A stretch of DNA of 64,000 nt, taken from positions 626 to 64,625 of the forward strand of contig CAZDCG010000003.1 of the NCBI GenBank assembly GCA_964503955.1, read 5' to 3'. Position numbers and translations under genes: made by a program. Position 1 is the stretch's first letter, and the number at the start of each line of letters is the position of its first letter. Of the stretch, positions 58,988-64,000 are shown piece by piece. The notes beneath the pieces were generated by a model. That model saw nothing but the letters and a program-made list of their open reading frames with translations. It had not been told where the DNA came from and did not search any database. This DNA is from an uncultured Gammaproteobacteria bacterium (lineage in GTDB: Bacteria; Patescibacteriota; Patescibacteriia; VMEV01; CAYQCH01).

Positions 58988-59225
58988 AGGCCGGCTTGGC
59001 CGCTTGGCCAACAACAAGGCCCCCGAGACGAGAGATTGTCTTCGGGGGCTGTTTGTTTACGATCCGTGGGGAGAAGGAGAATTGTGCGATGAAATTCATT
59101 ATTGCAGCTTAGCTTTGGTTTGTGCGTGGGGTTTGTGACATGAAGAAATTTTGTGATAGATTAGCGATGGTTTACTGCCATGCGCCGGTACCGTTCTTAG
59201 ATGTGTGGTGATTTGAGAGGTGTTT

Positions 59226-59462
59226 ATGGGTGGCAAGAACCACCAGCCGTGCCGGTCTTGGTTGCCGGAGTCTACGAAGATGTCGCGGGCTTTGAGCGAA
59301 CTCACGGCACAGATCGAGTTTGCGAACCTTGCGCTTGAGGACGCGATCATCACTGAGGACGAGGGGGAGGGGAAGAGCCTGTCAACGGTTATCGAACGCT
59401 TCTCCCTGTCGGAAGAGGCCGCGGCTGTGAAGCCCCCGCGCGAGCTAATTTCAATTCTATGA
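59226..59462 (+). CDS. small hypothetical protein
   Basis: GAGGTG RBS; overlaps next start. Confidence 0.45.
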   Translation: MGGKNHQPCRSWLPESTKMSRALSELTAQIEFANLALEDAIITEDEGEGKSLSTVIERFSLSEEAAAVKPPRELISIL

Positions 59463-59908
59463 ACCAATCATTTTCTATCAAACAAGTTCTCGAGATTCTC
59501 AAAAACGAAGTGGATGGCGATGTCCAAGCAGCTCTTGGTAAAATGGCGTCTGGTTATACTATGACGTGGATGTACAAATCACCGAAACGGGAAGAGCTTT
59601 TTCCGGCAACCGAGATGGATATCAAAGCCGAAATGGAGGATGTCTACCGTATCAAGGGACGCAGCTATGATATTCGCAATATTGCCGAGGGAGAAAATAC
59701 GGTGATGGTGGAGCTGATCGAGAGTTATCCGGACCCGGAAACGGGTCAAGTGTACCGTACGCCGTTGGTGCTCGTTTTGGAAATGGAGGATGGAAAAATA
59801 AAAACGGGACGCCATTATTGCGACCCGAATTTATCGTATGAGAATCTCAACATGGAACAGATTAATGCGGCATACCGGGGGACAACGACAAAGCTCATGA
59901 TTGATTAG
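59459..59908 (+). CDS. SnoaL/NTF2-like fold protein
   Basis: AEGENTVMVE...VLEMEDGKIKTGRHYCD. Confidence 0.8.
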   Translation: MNQSFSIKQVLEILKNEVDGDVQAALGKMASGYTMTWMYKSPKREELFPATEMDIKAEMEDVYRIKGRSYDIRNIAEGENTVMVELIESYPDPETGQVYRTPLVLVLEMEDGKIKTGRHYCDPNLSYENLNMEQINAAYRGTTTKLMID

Positions 59909-62640
59909 AGTCTTGTTGTATGCTTATCAACATCTTCCAGCTTCACAGACAACAACTTTGAAACACCCTCTTTGCCCATGGTCACGCCGTAAATGGTGTC
60001 GGCGATATTCATGATGGTGCGGTTGTGGGTGATGATAATGAACTGGCTCTGCTTGGTCAGCTCTTTTAGAACGTTGGCCATGCGGGTGGAATTTGCTTCA
60101 TCCAAAGCTGCGTCAACCTCGTCCATCAAAATAAATGGAGCCGGATTGTGATGGATAATGGCGGCAATCAGAGCCAATGAGGTCAGCGAGCGTTCACCGC
60201 CGGAAAGCATGGCAATGGTCGAAAGCTTTTTGCCGGCAGGGGATGCATAGATGTCAATACCTTTGATATCGCTGCGGCGGTATTTTTTCGCCCGGGTCAT
60301 TGGTTTTTCGTCTTGCGCGTCATCTGTCATCCCGTCTTGCTGTTCCTCGGTTTCATCCGTGGACGGGTTTTGCGCCGCCGCGTCGTTTTCATCATCTGGA
60401 AGAATCTTGATCAATTTGGCTCTGCCGCCGCCAAAGAGAATCTGGAAATAACGCTCAAATTCCCGGTTGATGAAATTAAACGCGCGGTCAAATTGTTTCA
60501 CAATGGTTTTATCAAGTTCCTGGATCACTTCTTCAATATGCTTGATCGCCTTGTCCAGATCTTCGACCTGCGTTGAAAGAAAATCATGCCGTTCTTTTAC
60601 CTGTTCGTATTCTGAAACCGTTTCAGGGTCAATACCGCCAATCAATTCCAGCTGGTATTTAAACTTTTCAATCTGGGAAAAGAGATGCTCGGTCGGCAGC
60701 GCGTCCAGATCGTTTTCCGTATCTTCCGGACGCTTTTCTACCACGGTGATTTCGCCAAGCTCTTTACGGATTTCAGATTCGAGATCTTCAAGCTTGGTTT
60801 CCGTGCGGGCCTTCTCGACCTGAATAAGATGCTGCTTTTGCTGCACCTGGGTCATCTGCTGCTGCAATTCGCGGTACTGATGCTCAAGCTGGAAAATGCG
60901 GCTCTGTTTTTCTTCCTCTTCCGCGTTGAAGCTCTGAAGTTTCTGCTGCAAACCGGCAATATCCGCGTCCAGCGCGTCGATTTGGTGCTGCAGTTTTTCC
61001 TGTTGCTCCTGCTGGGCGGATTTGTCGAGCTTGCCTTTCTCAGCCTGCTGCTGCGTGGAAAGATCCTGTTTGATGCGTCCAAGCTCCTGCTGGATCTGAT
61101 TGTGGTCGCGTTCTTTCAAACGGAGTTTTTCTTCAAGAACCTGTAATTTGATTTGCAGCTGGGTTCGTTCAGGCAGCAGCCGTTCCTGTTCCTCGGTTTT
61201 GGCGGAAAGGGCTTGCTGTAAATTCCAGAGCTCCTGGGATTCGGAGAGCTTGACATCTTCTTCTTTGCTTAAGCCTCCGATTTCCGTTGAAACAAAGTCC
61301 GACAATTCATTGATTTGCGCCTGGATCATTTCCGCCTGCGCCTGCAGCTGCGGCAATTCTTCCGCTGACGCTTTCACCAGTTTGGAACTGAATTTCTGCA
61401 CGAGAAGATACAGCTCTTTGAGCCGGCGTGCGATGACATTGAGCGGACCTTTGGCCGCTTCATTTTTTAATTCTTCTTTCAGGCGGGAAAGACTCGTCTG
61501 GGTTTCCTCAATCGTCTGTTTAAGCCCCTGCAGCAATTCGTCTTTCATTTTCAGATCCGCCGCGGCAGACGAGCGTTCCTGTTTGATCTGATCCATTTCT
61601 TTCTGTACCTCAACCAGCCGCGCGGTAACTTCTTCTTCCTGGCGGTAGAGCCAGGCGAGATTCAGCTTGCCTTGTTTTTCAAGATCAATTTCAAGCCGTC
61701 CTTTGATGACGGTCAAATCACGCAAGAGCTTATTGCGTTCCTGGTTTTTCTGTTCGACTTCCTGCTGCAATTGGTCAAATACCTGGCTTCGTTTGTCAGA
61801 CTTTTCAATGGCTTCAAGCTGCGCGCGCTTGTCTTGCAGGCCTAATGTCAGCTCGTCAATCTGTTTTTGCAAATTCTCGATCTGAGCGGCCTGGGCGGCT
61901 TTTGTTCGGCGCAATTCATTGAGCAGCCGGTTATAGTATTCCTGCTGATAATTGCGCAGGGAAGCCTGCACCGCTTCACGCTGTTCCAGTCGTTTTACCT
62001 GTCTGGTCAGTGATCTGAGCTGCGGCTCAATCTCTTTAATGAGGAGCGTTGCCTGATGCAGGTTTTCCTCACTGCGTTCAAGCTTGTTCAAAGCCTGGTG
62101 CCGCTTGATCTGATGCTCTTTTACACCGACCGCTTCGTCAAAAAAGGATTTTCGTTCCAAAGGCGTAGCCAAAAGCACGGAATCGATCATGCCCTGGCTG
62201 ATGATGGAAAAGCTTTTTGTTCCAAAACGAGCTTTGGCGAGTAGCAATTGAATATCAAAAAGCCGCACCGGATTTTTATTGATCATGTACTCGCTTTGCC
62301 CGTCGCGGTAGAGGCGGCGCGAGAGCACAAGTTCGGCATAATCAATCGGCGCGGTTTTGTCTTCATTATTGAGATACAGAGAAACTTCGGCGTATCCAAG
62401 TCGCGCGCGCTTGTCTGATCCGGCAAAAATCACGTCTTCTGATTTTTTCCCGCGGATATTCTTGATGCTCTGTTCGCCAAGCACCCACTTGATCGCGTCA
62501 GAAACATTCGATTTTCCTGATCCATTCGGTCCGACAATGATGGTCACGCTATTGCGGCCCGAATGCGGTTTAGGAAATTCTAAAATCGTTCGGTCCGCGA
62601 ACGATTTGAAACCCTGGATTTCGATTTTTTCTAAATACAT
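59905..62640 (-). CDS. smc: SMC-family ATPase, short form
   Basis: GFKSF, GPNGSGKSN, ISQG, LSGGE, MDEVDAALD; long coiled coil. Confidence 0.92.
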   Translation of the reverse strand: MYLEKIEIQGFKSFADRTILEFPKPHSGRNSVTIIVGPNGSGKSNVSDAIKWVLGEQSIKNIRGKKSEDVIFAGSDKRARLGYAEVSLYLNNEDKTAPIDYAELVLSRRLYRDGQSEYMINKNPVRLFDIQLLLAKARFGTKSFSIISQGMIDSVLLATPLERKSFFDEAVGVKEHQIKRHQALNKLERSEENLHQATLLIKEIEPQLRSLTRQVKRLEQREAVQASLRNYQQEYYNRLLNELRRTKAAQAAQIENLQKQIDELTLGLQDKRAQLEAIEKSDKRSQVFDQLQQEVEQKNQERNKLLRDLTVIKGRLEIDLEKQGKLNLAWLYRQEEEVTARLVEVQKEMDQIKQERSSAAADLKMKDELLQGLKQTIEETQTSLSRLKEELKNEAAKGPLNVIARRLKELYLLVQKFSSKLVKASAEELPQLQAQAEMIQAQINELSDFVSTEIGGLSKEEDVKLSESQELWNLQQALSAKTEEQERLLPERTQLQIKLQVLEEKLRLKERDHNQIQQELGRIKQDLSTQQQAEKGKLDKSAQQEQQEKLQHQIDALDADIAGLQQKLQSFNAEEEEKQSRIFQLEHQYRELQQQMTQVQQKQHLIQVEKARTETKLEDLESEIRKELGEITVVEKRPEDTENDLDALPTEHLFSQIEKFKYQLELIGGIDPETVSEYEQVKERHDFLSTQVEDLDKAIKHIEEVIQELDKTIVKQFDRAFNFINREFERYFQILFGGGRAKLIKILPDDENDAAAQNPSTDETEEQQDGMTDDAQDEKPMTRAKKYRRSDIKGIDIYASPAGKKLSTIAMLSGGERSLTSLALIAAIIHHNPAPFILMDEVDAALDEANSTRMANVLKELTKQSQFIIITHNRTIMNIADTIYGVTMGKEGVSKLLSVKLEDVDKHTTRL

Positions 62641-62731
62641 GTCTGCTGCATGCGCCTTAACGTGTTTCTGGAGTATACCACAGGGGCCTTTCAAAAATCT
62701 ATGCTACAATAGGTGAACAAGTGTCAATGTT

Positions 62732-63772
62732 ATGGCGTATAATCGCTCTTCCATCATCCTGCTGGCCGAGGACTCGGCTTTGCGCGCGCTGCAGCTTCAA
62801 CAAGAGGGAGGCGGTTTTCGCGTATCTGCGAGAGCAGAGGCACAGCTGCCTTCCGGTGTGATCGAAAAAGGAAGTCTTTTGCGCAAGTCGTATTTTACGG
62901 ATGTGCTGTCTTCCATGCTCAATGAGCCGCAGGAAGGATCCTTTCAGGGAAGCAGCATCGTTTTGAGTCTTTGCGACCGCCTCTTTGTTCAGCGCCAGAT
63001 CAGAGCTCAAGCCAGTCATGACAAACGCCATGCTTTGCTCAAGCGCATCGCCTGCGCGCATTTTGGTGGAGATAAGCCGCTGTTCTGCGTGCAAGGCCAT
63101 GACGAGGATCATTTTTCCATGACGGCTGTTCATCCCTCGGAGCTTGATACCTATCGCAGCAGTCTTGAAGATGCCGGACTTGATATTGACCAGGTTTTGT
63201 CTCACTCCGCTTCCTTGCTGCATGGCTTGTATGAAGATCAGCAGGTTTCAGAACCGGTATTAGGCTTGTATATCGGCGCGAACCGCACCAATGCTTTTTT
63301 AGCCGATGCCTTTGGATTGCATCAGACTGACCATGTGCCGTTTGGAACGTCTTTGCTTGAGCAGACACTTGCCCGAGCTTTTCAGGTGCATCCGCTTTCC
63401 GCGCGTGCGGCTTTGCGCCGAGCAGGTCTTGACCGGCAGCATGAAGGTCCGCAGGTTTACTATGAAACGATTCAGGATCAGCTCAAGCCGGTACTTCGCG
63501 CGTTAACGGATTTGCGGACGCTCGCGCAACTGTATCAATATGGAGATCTTTCGCTTGTCGTCACGGGGCAGGGAGCTGCTTTGCCTGGATTGGCGGAATT
63601 CTTGCAAGAGGAAACAGGGCTTCCGTTACGAAGGCAGACCTCGTCTGTTCCTTTGAATCATCAATGCGAGCTGGCTGATCGTCTGGAACTTGAGCCGCTG
63701 CTTGGTGCTGCGATGACATCGTTCCGCCGGTCGGCAATTCCGCATTTCACCACGGATCATTTGTTTGAGTAA
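62732..63772 (+). CDS. second divergent PilM-like protein
   Basis: actin-like pattern LYIGA...VVTGQGAALPGL...LGAAM; resembles 42589-43710. Confidence 0.65.
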   Translation: MAYNRSSIILLAEDSALRALQLQQEGGGFRVSARAEAQLPSGVIEKGSLLRKSYFTDVLSSMLNEPQEGSFQGSSIVLSLCDRLFVQRQIRAQASHDKRHALLKRIACAHFGGDKPLFCVQGHDEDHFSMTAVHPSELDTYRSSLEDAGLDIDQVLSHSASLLHGLYEDQQVSEPVLGLYIGANRTNAFLADAFGLHQTDHVPFGTSLLEQTLARAFQVHPLSARAALRRAGLDRQHEGPQVYYETIQDQLKPVLRALTDLRTLAQLYQYGDLSLVVTGQGAALPGLAEFLQEETGLPLRRQTSSVPLNHQCELADRLELEPLLGAAMTSFRRSAIPHFTTDHLFE

Positions 63773-63783
63773 TCACCAAAAAG

Positions 63784-63812
63784 AAAAAGCGCGGATGTGC
63801 TCCGCGCTTTTT
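63784..63812. terminator. bidirectional intrinsic terminator
   Basis: aaaaagcgcgga-tgtgc-tccgcgcttttt between convergent genes. Confidence 0.8.
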
Positions 63813-63825
63813 TGTTTGAACGATT

Positions 63826-64000
<175 letters not shown>

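Overview
64 kb of a bacterial chromosome (code 11) whose gene content looks like Patescibacteria/CPR (inference: type IV pilus cluster, short hinge-less SMC, DUF2207, Gmad2/GerMN and DUF5667 anti-sigma proteins, core genes mostly without Shine-Dalgarno sites). Core genes: truB, nth, mgtE, dps, valS, tyrS, rpsP, smc, 3' end of trxB, SulP transporter, three tRNAs (Pro-GGG, Ala-GGC and an unusual Ile-UAU). Accessory content: a type III restriction-modification operon interrupted by a DUF3800 gene with a convergent structured RNA, a RAYT transposase with REP palindromes, two ECF sigma/anti-sigma pairs, two Ser/Thr kinases and many GC3-rich single-gene cassettes (including a Cys-expanded Ku homologue and an XRE-MucR hybrid). 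The strongest new signal is a complete candidate methionine-sensing ribosomal attenuator at 46260-46414 (- strand): promoter, leader peptide MNKLSYNMMTMMSRPLCG, and mutually exclusive antiterminator/terminator, directly upstream of a SAM hydroxide adenosyltransferase-family gene. All family calls are by eye from motifs; no database search was run. No CRISPR array, integrase or reverse transcriptase was seen.
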